The notes beneath the pieces are model-generated. The model did not search any database and was not told the DNA's origin. It saw nothing but the letters and a program-made list of their open reading frames with translations. A stretch of DNA of 60,525 bases from an uncultured virus (IMG/VR IMGVR_UViG_3300022753_000048) (lineage: Duplodnaviria; Heunggongvirae; Uroviricota; Caudoviricetes), in IMG/VR virus record IMGVR_UViG_3300022753_000048, positions 62,001 through 122,525 of that record; one strand, 5' to 3'. Shown one piece after another: positions 47,272 to 58,110 of this stretch. Both the position numbers and the translations under genes were made by a program. How positions within the stretch are numbered: the stretch's first letter is position 1; each line of letters begins with the position of its first letter.

Positions 47272-47461
47272 TAACATCCTCCAAATGATAGCAGAATTCA
47301 CATTGTCCCTCTACATAATGATGATTACATTTCTTCTGCAAAGATTCAATTTCATTATTAATTCTGACTACTTCTGGATTTAATGTAAACATACCTGGCA
47401 CAGTAGCTTCTTCAAGCTACCAGCGCAATTCATCAATTTTTGCTTTAATCTCTTTTGACAT
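47264..47461 (-). CDS. small Zn-ribbon-like protein (1 TAG), absent from the ORF track
   Basis: GGAGG RBS; MSKEIKAKIDELRW*LEE...KCNHHYVEGQCEFCYH; fills the intergenic gap. Confidence 0.7.
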
Positions 47462-47463
47462 TT

Positions 47464-48594
47464 TCAACCCTCCATCTTGTTGATATAAAATTCATAAAAA
47501 TCTTCAAAGAGTTCAGGTTTCTCTTCTCTGACAAAAGCAAACAGTTCTCGTATTTCTTGTCTGGTCATGGCTTTAGCATAATAGGTTGGCAAGTCATCAT
47601 AAGTAGCTCGCGCGAAGTCAAATAAAGTGTCCTCTCCAATACGCTTAAAATAAGTTGATTGTGGAAGACACCGCATACTATTATGATAAAAATTGAACAA
47701 ATCTAAGACTTTTTCCCATCTACTGTCGATAAAGAAATTTTCCTCATATTTAAGTGAAAAGAAAACCCTATAGCTACGTGCTTTTACAACCTGATGAAAA
47801 ATCCGAACAATATATTTATCAAGAAACTCCTGCTGATTAGCAGAAGAAGCAGTGACATAATAATCTAACTGTTTGTAAACGGCCTTTTCTCTTATATAGC
47901 CGACGAAATCATCGAAAGCATCGTCATCAATAACTCCGTCATATCTAAGAGAATAAAATGTACTATTTGGGCGCAATGAAATCCAATTCAATAAGTCTTG
48001 TCCTTGAGTAACAGTAGGAGGAAATTTCATTCCCACTCTTGTTGCCCAGCCATCAGTTCTGGCGCGAGCCAACAACTTTTTAACTTCTTCAAAACTGCCT
48101 TCGATTTTTCCTAAATCAAAGTCATGTAACATCAAGTTACGAGCAGTTTTTAGAAACTTAAATTGTCTTGGGTAATCTTCCCAAATTGTCTTCCCATCTA
48201 ATGACAATCGGCAATGCTCAGCTTCCATCATGTTTTGAAAAATTTTCTTCTGATCGCGCCCTTTAGAAGCCATAATAGTCTTTTCCATATTTTCATATAT
48301 AGAAGTGTCTGGATGCATAATTTCTATTTCTCTTGGTAGTGGTGCATATATTCCATCTGTAAATGCATAACCACCGTACTCAAGATTGGGAATATTTTCA
48401 AGTCCCATTATAAAGTTTCCATCATCATAGTCTTTTCTTAAAAAGAATTTCTGATGTCGCTCTGGCGTGAAGTAGGGAGATAGTACAACTACCTCCCTCT
48501 TTTTCTTGTAGTAAGCAGAGAGTTTCATCAGTTCTAGATTGAATGGAACTAAAGTATAAGTTGCCATGTCCTAATCATATAAACCAATACTCAT
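47464..48594 (-). CDS. degenerate radical-SAM-related protein (TAG at codon 8)
   Basis: ATGA-coupled to dnaE; MSIGLYD*DMATYTLVPFNLELMKLSAYYK, YGGYAF and LPREIEIMHPDTSIY; no CxxxCxxC. Confidence 0.5.
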
Positions 48595-51500
48595 TCTGCT
48601 GCCTCCATTCTTTCGCCCTTGGTGTATAACCAACCATCTTCGGTAACTTCGGTAATAAGCTCAACCAGATGATAAGGAGTCTTATTATATTTCTTTGCTA
48701 AGAAACCATCAGACTGCTTAATACCAGTTACAATAATCTTATTACCACGAGCCAGCCAAGACTTTTCAATAACGTGCTTCTTTCCATCTGCACCTTTTTC
48801 GGAAATTTGCTTGTCATAATGAGAAAATACTTGGCCAAAAATCTTAACAGTTACAACTCCGCTTGTAGTTAGAAGTGTAACAGTTTTCTTGTTCTTATCT
48901 TTATCCAAAATTGTACCTGCAATTCGATACAATTTGAAAATAGGGATTTGGCGCCCTTTAATTGGAATGATTCTTTCAACTACAGGAGTTTCCGGAATCT
49001 TGTCAAAATCAGTAATGTCATAAGCTCTTGTATTTACATGGGCCAATTCATGCTCGTGAGAATAGAAAGATACTGCATCCATTTCCCACTTACTCAAACT
49101 ACCTTGGCAATACTTATTCCACATATCGCTTGTCAAGCGATTATTTACTTCCTCAAGCAAAGTTGCAGAATTTTCTTTTACCCAAGGACGAATCTTATCC
49201 ATATGGCTCTGATAAATCTTATCCCAAACTGTTTGCTTGATTAAGAAACCGCTTTCAGACATTTCACTAGGAATTAAATTATCCATATCAAAATGCTTCT
49301 CATAGAAATTAAAAGCGATATTATCAAGAGCATAATAAGTTTCCCACTTTAACTTCTTTACATACTTGTTAAAGTTATAAACTCTACGCTGCATATCATA
49401 CTTATCTGGAATCAAACCAAAATCAATTAACATCTTCATATTCTGAAGAGTAATTCGCTGCTTTGTATCAGAGACACTATTGATGTACTGTCGCATGATT
49501 TGCACGCGGTCTCCAAAGCTATCAAAAGCTCCGGACTTGATAAGATTAATGACTTGAGCCTTGTTGATTTTAACTCTAGAGGTAAGGTCGGCCACAGAAG
49601 TGTAAGGACGTCCATCCATAATTGCCTTGACGAGGTCTTCACCAACTTTTGTAATTCCGCTAAGTCCATATCTAATTGTATTACTCTCTACATCGGGATA
49701 GAAGGTAAAACTGGACTTGTTGATATCAGGTGGGGCCACATCAACTCCGCTTGACTTGATTTTACCAATAGCCGTTGCGATTTTACCATAATTGGCGGAT
49801 TTTGTTTTCTTTTTCTTTTTAGTAGCTGCTGATACTGTCTCTTCATCTTCGTCTTCGTTTTCATCTTCATCCTCTTCCGCGCCGAAATCTTCAAAAGAAG
49901 AATATTCGACTTCTTCATATACATTATCTACTTCTTCTACTTCTTCTTCGTCGTCGTTTTCAGCGCCACCACTATCAGAAATCAAACACGCACAATTCCA
50001 GAACATGATGGGATAATTATATCCTAAGTTCATTTCTTGTAGTGCAATCAAAGAATAAGCAAGAGTGTGAGAAGCATTAAAACCATAACCACGAGAAGTT
50101 GCAACTAGAACATTCCATACATAATTGCATAGATTTTTACTCAAGCCTTTCTTTTCTACAGTTTCAAAATATTCCTTCTGCAACTCTTCATAAGCCGCAG
50201 GATTCTTTTTAGCGATTGACTTACGCAGTTTATCTGCCCAAGTCAGGTCAAAGCCACCACATTCAGGCATCTGCACCAACTGCATAAACTTTTCCTGGGA
50301 CTCAGAAATACCATAAGATAGCTTAACAACTGGCTCAAGCAATTTCTGCTCTTCTTTGGTTAGCCCATACTTATCCATTTCATCATACCATAACTGAATA
50401 TCATTCTTAAAACGAGCGAACTTATTCAGCGGCTGCTCAGCGCCTTTCTCCTGCGCCATCAATCGAATAACAGAGTTAAGAACCGCAAGGTCATCAACAC
50501 TTTGAGGATGGGTTAAAGCAATACCCTGAATACCAGATTGCTTTTCCATCTGGAACAAAGAATGAATCTCATGGTTCCAAACCATCTGCCACATCTGAGG
50601 TGCTTCACGCACCAAATTATAAATACCGATAACACTTTCATAAGTGTCTCTCAAAGTTTCTTTCTTTTCAATGTAATTCTGTTCACAAAGCAAATCAAGA
50701 CAAATATGAATTTTATCCATTGCCTCGACAGAAAGTAAGTCGTACTTAATCAGAGAACAATCTTCACAATCATGCAGGTCAAACTGAGTCATAATATCAC
50801 CATTAGGTGCGCGCATTAAAGCGGTGGAATTTTCAAAGTCCTCATCAACAAAGATAACGCCACCTGCGTGTTCACCTAAACGACAAACCAGACCTTCAAT
50901 CTTTTTTGCAACCTGCCAAACTTCGGGATAGTTTTCTGTCATTTCATATACAAACTGCTTATTTGGCGCGAAGTCACTTTCTTCATCGCCATAGAATGTT
51001 TGGTCGAGAGTTCTTAACATACCACGGTCAGAAGCAATCATAGAAGCTAGATACTGTGCAATATCAACATCAATACCCAAACCACGGCAAGCAGTCAAAA
51101 CCGCAGACTTAGATTTTTCAGTACCAAAGGTTGCAACGTTAGCAACTCTATCTTCCCCATAGACTTTTCTTAGATGGTCCAAAACCTGCTTACGGCGCCC
51201 GCCTTCAATATCAACGTCAACGTCAAGAACAGATACACGAGCAGGATTAAGAAAACGCCAGGCAAAAGTTTTGGTCGTTTCCCATTGAGGATTAATTTGG
51301 GTAATTCCCAAAAGGTATAGCAGTATGAAACCAACACCAGAACCACGGCCACAGCCTACAAGAGTTCCTGCATTCCAACACTCCTCAATAATCTTTTGTA
51401 GATTTAGATAATATGCAGACCAATGAGTTTTGTTGACTTCGGAAGAAATCCAAGTCATTTCAAGACATTCATTGATTGCGTCATAGATTTCTTGAGTTTG

Positions 51501-52580
51501 TAATTTCTTGTCTTTGGACAGAGCTAAAGAAATAGCATCACATAAATGATGGTCACCTACATAATCAGACCCCATAAAGGTTTTCATATAAGGAATCTTA
51601 TCAAACCATTTATAAGGTGCAGGTGCGCCAAAAGGTTCACTCCAAGGAAGCTGAGGAATTTTTAGAGGCTTCATCAAGCTATAATCTTCACACATTTCTT
51701 TAATATGATGAATATTATTATATGCTTCAGTTAATTCTTCTCTGGTCAAACCCATAAAAGATTCAAGCTCTTCAGTATTCATCATATAAGTAGTTGCATA
51801 GAAATCATCAACTTCTCGATCACCATTCTGAGAGTTCAGATATGCCTTATGAATGGGTTTATCTTCTTTCTTCAAATAATGACTATCAGTTGTAATGATA
51901 TAGGGGAAATGGTAAGTATTCGCAATATCAATCAGCGCTCTATTAACATAACGCTGGTCACGGTTTGCTGCAGGTTGAAGTTCTAGATAAAAATTACCAG
52001 GTCCAAAAATCCATTCCATCTGCTCGCACCAAGCGATGATTCTTTCATATAGTTCTTGACTACCAGAATCTCTATGTCTCAGAAGCTGAGTAGGGAGGGC
52101 GCCACCAAGACAAGCAGTAGTTCCAATAACATGACCTCGATTTTCACCAATGACATCGATTAAATCTTGATAGTAAGTGGGAACTCTACGCATACCTCGT
52201 GCCATATAACTGCGATGCCAAGCTCTAGTAGAAATCTCACGAATTTGTTTATGACCAATTGCATCCTTTGCTAAAAGAACAAAGTGATAATATCTATCAT
52301 ACTCACGATTGAAATTGTTTGCATTTAGTCCATTACGACAAAGATAAATCTCATTACCAAGAATTACCTTAAAGTCTGGATGTTCTTTTTTTATTTTTTT
52401 GTAAATCTTTTCGACCTTAACTGCGTTGCATACAGCTTCATGGTCTGTTACTGCCACAACTTCATGACCAAGTTCTACGGCATATTCAATCAAATCTTTT
52501 TCTTTGATGATACAGTCACGCAAACGTAAGTTAGAATATTGGGTGTGATTATGTAGTGAACCAGGAAAATTTGTCACCAC
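48591..52580 (-). CDS. dnaE: DNA polymerase III alpha subunit (C family)
   Basis: PHP motifs (LHNHT, TDH, GNE, TDSHY), GRGSG, FLNPAR, DVDVD, HAGG, KYDLL, YGFNASH and C-terminal OB fold; no TAG in 1329 codons. Confidence 0.95.
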   Translation of the reverse strand: MVTNFPGSLHNHTQYSNLRLRDCIIKEKDLIEYAVELGHEVVAVTDHEAVCNAVKVEKIYKKIKKEHPDFKVILGNEIYLCRNGLNANNFNREYDRYYHFVLLAKDAIGHKQIREISTRAWHRSYMARGMRRVPTYYQDLIDVIGENRGHVIGTTACLGGALPTQLLRHRDSGSQELYERIIAWCEQMEWIFGPGNFYLELQPAANRDQRYVNRALIDIANTYHFPYIITTDSHYLKKEDKPIHKAYLNSQNGDREVDDFYATTYMMNTEELESFMGLTREELTEAYNNIHHIKEMCEDYSLMKPLKIPQLPWSEPFGAPAPYKWFDKIPYMKTFMGSDYVGDHHLCDAISLALSKDKKLQTQEIYDAINECLEMTWISSEVNKTHWSAYYLNLQKIIEECWNAGTLVGCGRGSGVGFILLYLLGITQINPQWETTKTFAWRFLNPARVSVLDVDVDIEGGRRKQVLDHLRKVYGEDRVANVATFGTEKSKSAVLTACRGLGIDVDIAQYLASMIASDRGMLRTLDQTFYGDEESDFAPNKQFVYEMTENYPEVWQVAKKIEGLVCRLGEHAGGVIFVDEDFENSTALMRAPNGDIMTQFDLHDCEDCSLIKYDLLSVEAMDKIHICLDLLCEQNYIEKKETLRDTYESVIGIYNLVREAPQMWQMVWNHEIHSLFQMEKQSGIQGIALTHPQSVDDLAVLNSVIRLMAQEKGAEQPLNKFARFKNDIQLWYDEMDKYGLTKEEQKLLEPVVKLSYGISESQEKFMQLVQMPECGGFDLTWADKLRKSIAKKNPAAYEELQKEYFETVEKKGLSKNLCNYVWNVLVATSRGYGFNASHTLAYSLIALQEMNLGYNYPIMFWNCACLISDSGGAENDDEEEVEEVDNVYEEVEYSSFEDFGAEEDEDENEDEDEETVSAATKKKKKTKSANYGKIATAIGKIKSSGVDVAPPDINKSSFTFYPDVESNTIRYGLSGITKVGEDLVKAIMDGRPYTSVADLTSRVKINKAQVINLIKSGAFDSFGDRVQIMRQYINSVSDTKQRITLQNMKMLIDFGLIPDKYDMQRRVYNFNKYVKKLKWETYYALDNIAFNFYEKHFDMDNLIPSEMSESGFLIKQTVWDKIYQSHMDKIRPWVKENSATLLEEVNNRLTSDMWNKYCQGSLSKWEMDAVSFYSHEHELAHVNTRAYDITDFDKIPETPVVERIIPIKGRQIPIFKLYRIAGTILDKDKNKKTVTLLTTSGVVTVKIFGQVFSHYDKQISEKGADGKKHVIEKSWLARGNKIIVTGIKQSDGFLAKKYNKTPYHLVELITEVTEDGWLYTKGERMEAAE

Positions 52581-52609
52581 GCATCTACCTCCTCTCAGTT
52601 TATATAAAT

Positions 52610-52638
52610 ATTATATCATAAATTTATATTTTTGTCAA
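52610..52638 (-). promoter_or_regulatory. consensus sigmaA promoter of dnaE
   Basis: TTGACA-17 nt-TATAAT with extended -10 TG. Confidence 0.85.
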
Positions 52639-52922
52639 TTATTGAGCAGTTCGTCTAAACCATGGTTAATTATTCTTTGCTTAATAGTTGGCATGAGAAC
52701 TTCATAGAAAGTTTTTTCATCAAGTTGTTTATCCAAGATTACGTGTGCATAAGCTGCTCCACGTCTAGACTCGGGAAATCCACTTCGAATATGGAATATG
52801 AATAGCTTATTACGTATTTCAGTATATTCTTTTGTCTGGATAGTAGTATCAACTTCCATCATATTGATAATTGTGTGATACCATCTAGTAATTCTATCTG
52901 TTATAATCAATATCTTAATCAT
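52635..52922 (-). CDS. hypothetical protein
   Basis: 95 aa ORF within the replication arm. Confidence 0.6.
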   Translation of the reverse strand: MIKILIITDRITRWYHTIINMMEVDTTIQTKEYTEIRNKLFIFHIRSGFPESRRGAAYAHVILDKQLDEKTFYEVLMPTIKQRIINHGLDELLNN

Positions 52923-53075
52923 TCAGACTCCCATTATTTTAACGGCTCGTTCTATATGCCAAATCGTATAGAGATACCACATTCCATCTTTATCTGCAAT
53001 AAGAGGGATAATAGGAAAGGGGCTTTCTGCTATTACTTTAGGTATATCATATATGTAATTAGAATCCAAGCGCAT
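52923..53075 (-). CDS. small hypothetical protein (50 aa)
   Basis: MRLDSNYIYDIPKVIAESPF...KIMGV fills the gap between the RecJ-like gene and the 52922 ORF; GAGGTG upstream. Confidence 0.4.
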   Translation of the reverse strand: MRLDSNYIYDIPKVIAESPFPIIPLIADKDGMWYLYTIWHIERAVKIMGV

Positions 53076-54816
53076 TATCCTTCACCTCAATATCTTCAAT
53101 AAAAATCTGAGGAGTTACTCTTCCGCCCCATTCATTCAAATTGGCACGACCAACAACTTCTATCTTCATGTCGGGATGCTTATTTAATTCTTCAATCAAA
53201 TCTTTTGCATGGAACTTCATATAAGCGATACCAAATTTCTCAAATTTTACAGTATCCTTATTTTTACCCATAATTTGAACATCACTTGCAGAAATGTTAA
53301 TATCTGTTACATGGATCAAAGGTTCTGGATTTTGCTGCCCCCAAATGCCACCATGTGCCCCAATATCATGAATAATATCTGCTAAATCATCATCAGCGGC
53401 AATTCTATCAAAATTTACATCATAGCAGTTTTCACCAAAATCAATTCCAATAAGAGCCTCATTTGCCCACTTGTGGAAATCAGTTAAATGAGAATTAGGG
53501 ATAGAACAACCAGCCGCATTGTCATGACCTTGGACATATTCAAACATTCCGCTTTCAGTTAAGAAATCTTTAAAAGAAACCAATTCACTTTGATTCAATC
53601 CGCGCATAGACCCACGATTAAAGCCTTGCTCATTCAGTCGTGCAACAATAGTGGGACGCTTGAATTTGGCGCTTAACTTCATAGCTAGTAGACCATTTAA
53701 TTCCGAGGGGAATGTATCTTCTTCGTCCAGACGAACAAACAAAATTCTGTTTTCCAACAAATCATACTTATGAATTTTGATTTCAGTTCTATCCATAGCG
53801 GTTTCCAAAGATTTATTTTGACGATTGCGCGCGTTGCTACATTCACGTGCGGCTTCAACACCAGCTCTTTCCATAGTTCCCTTCGCTCCACGCTTGCCAC
53901 TAGGAATCATTTTATCGCCATCTAAGAAAGCTTCAAACAGTCGACACTTTTCATCCATGGTGCCAACACGAATCATCGCATTGACCAGAGGGACAATGTA
54001 AAAAGCTACGCTAATGGGATTCATAGCGTCAATCAGCTGTTGTTTGCTAGGACTCATCGCACCAGTAATAGAATAAGCCTGCTTCTCCATGAGCGCCCAT
54101 AGCAACTTGTTATTAATATTCTTTAATCCTTCCTTTACGATATAACGATTTTCCAACTCAAGCATAGAACCCATATCGCCAATGATACCCCAGGCTGCTA
54201 AGTCCATATACTTGTCAGCAAAAGACTTGCCCAACTTTAAATCAAGATAACGGCAGAACTGATATACAACTCCTGCGCCGGTCAATTCCTTGTTCTTATA
54301 TCGAGGAGAAAGCTGGTTGTTAATAACTACGGCATTTTCACTTAGTTCTGTATCTGTAATGTGATGGTCAAGAACTAAAACAGAAGTACCCAAGTCACTC
54401 AATTGTTCATGATAAACATAATCATTACTAGAAGAGTCGGGTAGAATGATTAACCCGTAATGTTCTCCGCCCTCTGTTAAATTCTTAATATGATCTTGCA
54501 GGCCATGCTATTTACCTTCATGTAAAATATAATCAATCTTGCAATCGGGCATTAAATCTCTCAGATAATTATACATGATAGTAGCAGAAGTAAAACCATC
54601 ATTATCAGAGTCAACAACAATCAGAATTTTCTCATCCTGCGCAAGTACTCCTATGAGCAGGTTGGCGCCTCGCTCTACATTTTCTAAATCAGTGGGAGGT
54701 TGTAGGAACTCTCTGCCAGGATTGTAATAATCTTCTGGATTTTCAATACCACGAGCCTTCAAAAGTGAATCTACATAATCTTTCTTAAAGTTTGTGTTAA
54801 TCAGTTTGGTCTTCAT
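53059..54816 (-). CDS. recJ: RecJ-like DHH ssDNA exonuclease (single TAG at 54508-54510)
   Basis: Fragments fuse: VDSDNDG, HEGK*HGL, LPDS, LDHH, GAGV, RGSMR and GHDNAAG; 585 aa. Confidence 0.88.
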
Positions 54817-55865
54817 TTAACAATTACCCTCTTATCTAATAGTTTCAAGAAAATTTCTTCTCCTTTATCTGTAGGAGAATCCTTTAAATCAAGCAAACCT
54901 TCCCTATCATAGATAAAAGAGAAGTTGCAATAATTTTTATATTTTTGACAGATATTCCATAATTTGTTGAAATACTTATCCTCTCCAGGAAGCTCTTCTT
55001 TATCAAAGCACAAAACAATATGCGCTGGATGGCAATGCCTCATAAGAATGTTTAATTGATATTTATTAAAATTACTTCCACATACTGCCGCAGAACAATT
55101 TGGTATTGAGAAGCCTTCCATCTGTAAAACAGACTTTTCACTTTCAAATAAAAAACAAATTCCGCTTTCTTTAATATCAAATTCTGTCATATGTAAGCCA
55201 TAAAGGTTCATAGAAAGTGGATGTTTGTACCAAGTATTTTCAATGCGTATTGGTGCATACTTACCAACATTTTCTACTTCCCACTCATTCAATGCGCGAC
55301 CTCTAATTCCAACAAGACGGCCATCAATATCATAATGAGGAATAATAATTTTATTCTGAGAAATAGAATAGGAAATATCAAAATCATCCATAGCTTCTTT
55401 TGTTATACCATCGTTCAACCATTCTGGAGGATAATATTTAACAAAACAATCTAACACATTTGGCGAATATTCTGGAAGTTGAACTTCTTTTCGTACGACA
55501 GAATAGCGCTCTTTTAAACTCTTATAAACTGGTTTAATAAATCCTTCTTTTTGCTTAAAAGAAGAACAATTACAAACCACTTCATAGATATCTTGATACC
55601 AGTCGTATTCTATCTGCCTTTCTTCGTAATAAGTACGAAGAAATTTAAAAATAGACATACTTCCACATTCTGTATAACAAACGAACATCTTGTTCTTTTT
55701 GTAAAAATATAATTTCATTGACGCTTCACTAGATTCCAAATTATGACAGATGGTGGGAAAGATTACAAAATCTTCCCTATCATCGTACCTGTCGGCGCCA
55801 AGTTCTGTCATCAAATGAATTATAGAATCGGTATTTAAATTAGAGATTATCTCAGCATAATCCAT
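54813..55865 (-). CDS. DNA primase (Zn-binding domain plus TOPRIM)
   Basis: ICHN...CYTEC, IIIPH..GIRGR, LFESEKS, LCFD and KDSP. Confidence 0.85.
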   Translation of the reverse strand: MDYAEIISNLNTDSIIHLMTELGADRYDDREDFVIFPTICHNLESSEASMKLYFYKKNKMFVCYTECGSMSIFKFLRTYYEERQIEYDWYQDIYEVVCNCSSFKQKEGFIKPVYKSLKERYSVVRKEVQLPEYSPNVLDCFVKYYPPEWLNDGITKEAMDDFDISYSISQNKIIIPHYDIDGRLVGIRGRALNEWEVENVGKYAPIRIENTWYKHPLSMNLYGLHMTEFDIKESGICFLFESEKSVLQMEGFSIPNCSAAVCGSNFNKYQLNILMRHCHPAHIVLCFDKEELPGEDKYFNKLWNICQKYKNYCNFSFIYDREGLLDLKDSPTDKGEEIFLKLLDKRVIVK

Positions 55866-57411
55866 TTAGCCAATCAACCTTTCTTTTAATTTCAATCAGT
55901 TCATCGCTTTCAAAATCACTGATATTATATTCATCACCAGTACTAAAATCATTGATAACAACCAAACGAGAATCAGTTAAAAACAAATCATCTCGCTTCA
56001 TTGTACCCAAATCAACAATAGACCAAATACGTACTTGTGTCCACTCACCACTTCGAACTTTAAAAATATCAGTTACCAGATTTGGCTTACCATGAACAGC
56101 AATAATTGGTTCGAGAGTTTCTAACTCTTCCTTAGTAGGACGAGCCATAATCGCACCATTATCTGCTTTGTTAATTGTTGAACGACCACCGGCCAGAGAA
56201 GATTCATTCCTAATATTTATGTTATTATCCACATTTGCATTAACCTGTGTAGAAGTAAAAACACAGACATCCAATTCAACAGCCAAATCCTTTAAGGCGG
56301 TTGCCATCATCAATAGAACTTCATCATTACGGACACCAAAACCACGGAACTCGTTAAGAAGCGCAGGTCCAATAAAGATGTAGTCATAAAATACATAACC
56401 AATATCATGCAACAAAACTTTTTCGCGTACTTTGGTTTTTACTAAATCAATAGTTGGATTAGGAATACGAATCAGAATAAAATTATCTGCATAATCCTTC
56501 ATAATCTGTTTACCTTGCGCGATTCGTTTCTTTTCTTCTTCAGTAAAACGTCCGTACTTAAACTTAGATTCATTTATATCAGTTAAGTATGCCAAAATCA
56601 TTTTTTTAATCTGAATATCAGTCTGCTCTGTGATAATAAACAAAATTCGCTGATTGTTGCCTTTTTGTTCCCAAGAAGCAGTTTTGCTATTGTATCTTAT
56701 AGGAAAAGCAAGAATACAAGCGTCTGCTACAGCATTTCTTGTTTTACCAGTACCACTCGCACCAGAGCGAATGGTCAGACAAGAACGCTGTGCTCCATCA
56801 ATAATTCTACTGAAAATAAAACCTTGAATTGGAAGTCCAACACTTCCTTCTGCGCCGAAAGATTCGACAAGCTCGTCAATATCATCACCGATATTCCATT
56901 CTTGAACTTCTTCAGTGCCCGCATAATCAGATTCCAAAACCAACAATCTCTTCTTAACCGCAGTAATAATATCGCTGATGGTTAGTTCTTCAAACCGCTG
57001 ATTAATTTCCATTGCATTCGCCGCAGTTAAATCTTCTTGATAAAATTCACTTACGGGAAAGTTCTGTTTCTTTAAATCCCTGAGCAAATTCAGTTTCTTT
57101 AGTTTGGTATAATAATAAGGAAAGTTCTCTATATTAGAGAACTCTTCAATATCTTGCAAATACTCAAGACCATTCTGCTGTTCATATAATTTCTTTGCCG
57201 CATCATTAGCTTCAAGATAACTTTCAATATCTAAAGCCGTAATCTTTTGCGCGCCACTACGCCATAAACCATTTATAGCATTGAAAATATATTTCTCGAA
57301 CTTAGTTGAAAAGTCTGAGATAGACAAGCTATACTTATCAACCTCACTTAAAAACTGAGGGTGTTTCATCAGAGAACCAAGAACCTGCTGAATGGTTCCC
57401 TTGTTTGTCAT
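55852..57411 (-). CDS. replicative DnaB-like helicase
   Basis: Walker A GASGTGKT, ITEQ, FYDYI, STQVN, KAD and KVR. Confidence 0.88.
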   Translation of the reverse strand: MTNKGTIQQVLGSLMKHPQFLSEVDKYSLSISDFSTKFEKYIFNAINGLWRSGAQKITALDIESYLEANDAAKKLYEQQNGLEYLQDIEEFSNIENFPYYYTKLKKLNLLRDLKKQNFPVSEFYQEDLTAANAMEINQRFEELTISDIITAVKKRLLVLESDYAGTEEVQEWNIGDDIDELVESFGAEGSVGLPIQGFIFSRIIDGAQRSCLTIRSGASGTGKTRNAVADACILAFPIRYNSKTASWEQKGNNQRILFIITEQTDIQIKKMILAYLTDINESKFKYGRFTEEEKKRIAQGKQIMKDYADNFILIRIPNPTIDLVKTKVREKVLLHDIGYVFYDYIFIGPALLNEFRGFGVRNDEVLLMMATALKDLAVELDVCVFTSTQVNANVDNNINIRNESSLAGGRSTINKADNGAIMARPTKEELETLEPIIAVHGKPNLVTDIFKVRSGEWTQVRIWSIVDLGTMKRDDLFLTDSRLVVINDFSTGDEYNISDFESDELIEIKRKVDWLNGLC

Positions 57412-57995
57412 TCATCGTCCTCCATATCTACTTCTGCTAACATCTCTGCCGCAGTTTTTACTTGCCGCTTTTTTCTCTTCATCTTTACTTCAATAATATT
57501 TTGGTTCTGAAATTGACGAATCTGTTCTTCAATTGCGGCAACGATATTCTTATCTCTTTGGTTTCTTTCTCCCCAATAAGCTGTTGCATCTTCATATATA
57601 TGTGGAACAATTCCAATGCCGCCTTCGCTCTTGTCGACTAAGCCACCACATATTTCATAAAAATATCTAACAGTAAAATAGATACCTTTGGGTGTACGTC
57701 CATCCCTTTCTACAAATTTCTTCCACTGAGAATTAAATCTTTTATAATCAAGACTAATTTTTAAATCTCTTTTAAGATAATCTTGTACAGCAGTTTTCCA
57801 TACAACTTCATCTGCCTCAAGTTCTATTCCCTCTTTTCCAATTTGTCCTTTTTTCTTAGCAAAATCTTCATAGCATTTTTTATGGTAATAGAATCTTTTA
57901 ACTGGTTGTACCCAATAAACTCCTTCTACTAAATCTGGGTCCAATCTGTTAAATTTTTGTTTACAAACTCGACACTCAACCATAGCTTTTGCCAT
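57408..57995 (-). CDS. Zn-binding protein upstream of the helicase (possible loader/initiator)
   Basis: CRVC...HKKC; ATGA-coupled to the helicase; own promoter. Confidence 0.5.
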   Translation of the reverse strand: MAKAMVECRVCKQKFNRLDPDLVEGVYWVQPVKRFYYHKKCYEDFAKKKGQIGKEGIELEADEVVWKTAVQDYLKRDLKISLDYKRFNSQWKKFVERDGRTPKGIYFTVRYFYEICGGLVDKSEGGIGIVPHIYEDATAYWGERNQRDKNIVAAIEEQIRQFQNQNIIEVKMKRKKRQVKTAAEMLAEVDMEDDE

Positions 57996-58034
57996 TAATC
58001 GCACCACCTTTTCTAGCCTTATTTTCCTACATAT

Positions 58035-58063
58035 ATTATATCATATTTTTTGTAAAAAGTCAA
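58035..58063 (-). promoter_or_regulatory. sigmaA-like promoter of the helicase-primase operon
   Basis: TTGACT-17 nt-TATAAT with extended -10 TG. Confidence 0.75.
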
Positions 58064-58068
58064 ATTAG

Positions 58069-58097
58069 AAAAAGCCACCCTTGAAACCAAGGGTGGC
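58069..58097 (-). terminator. rho-independent terminator
   Basis: GCCACCCTTG/CAAGGGTGGC stem followed by TTTTT on the minus strand. Confidence 0.75.
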
Positions 58098-58110
58098 GTA
58101 ATTAAAAGGA

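Noticed and set aside
45019..52580. Intein or group I intron in nrdD or dnaE
   Set aside because: Both frames are continuous with ordinary lengths, and I saw no intein terminal motifs or LAGLIDADG blocks.
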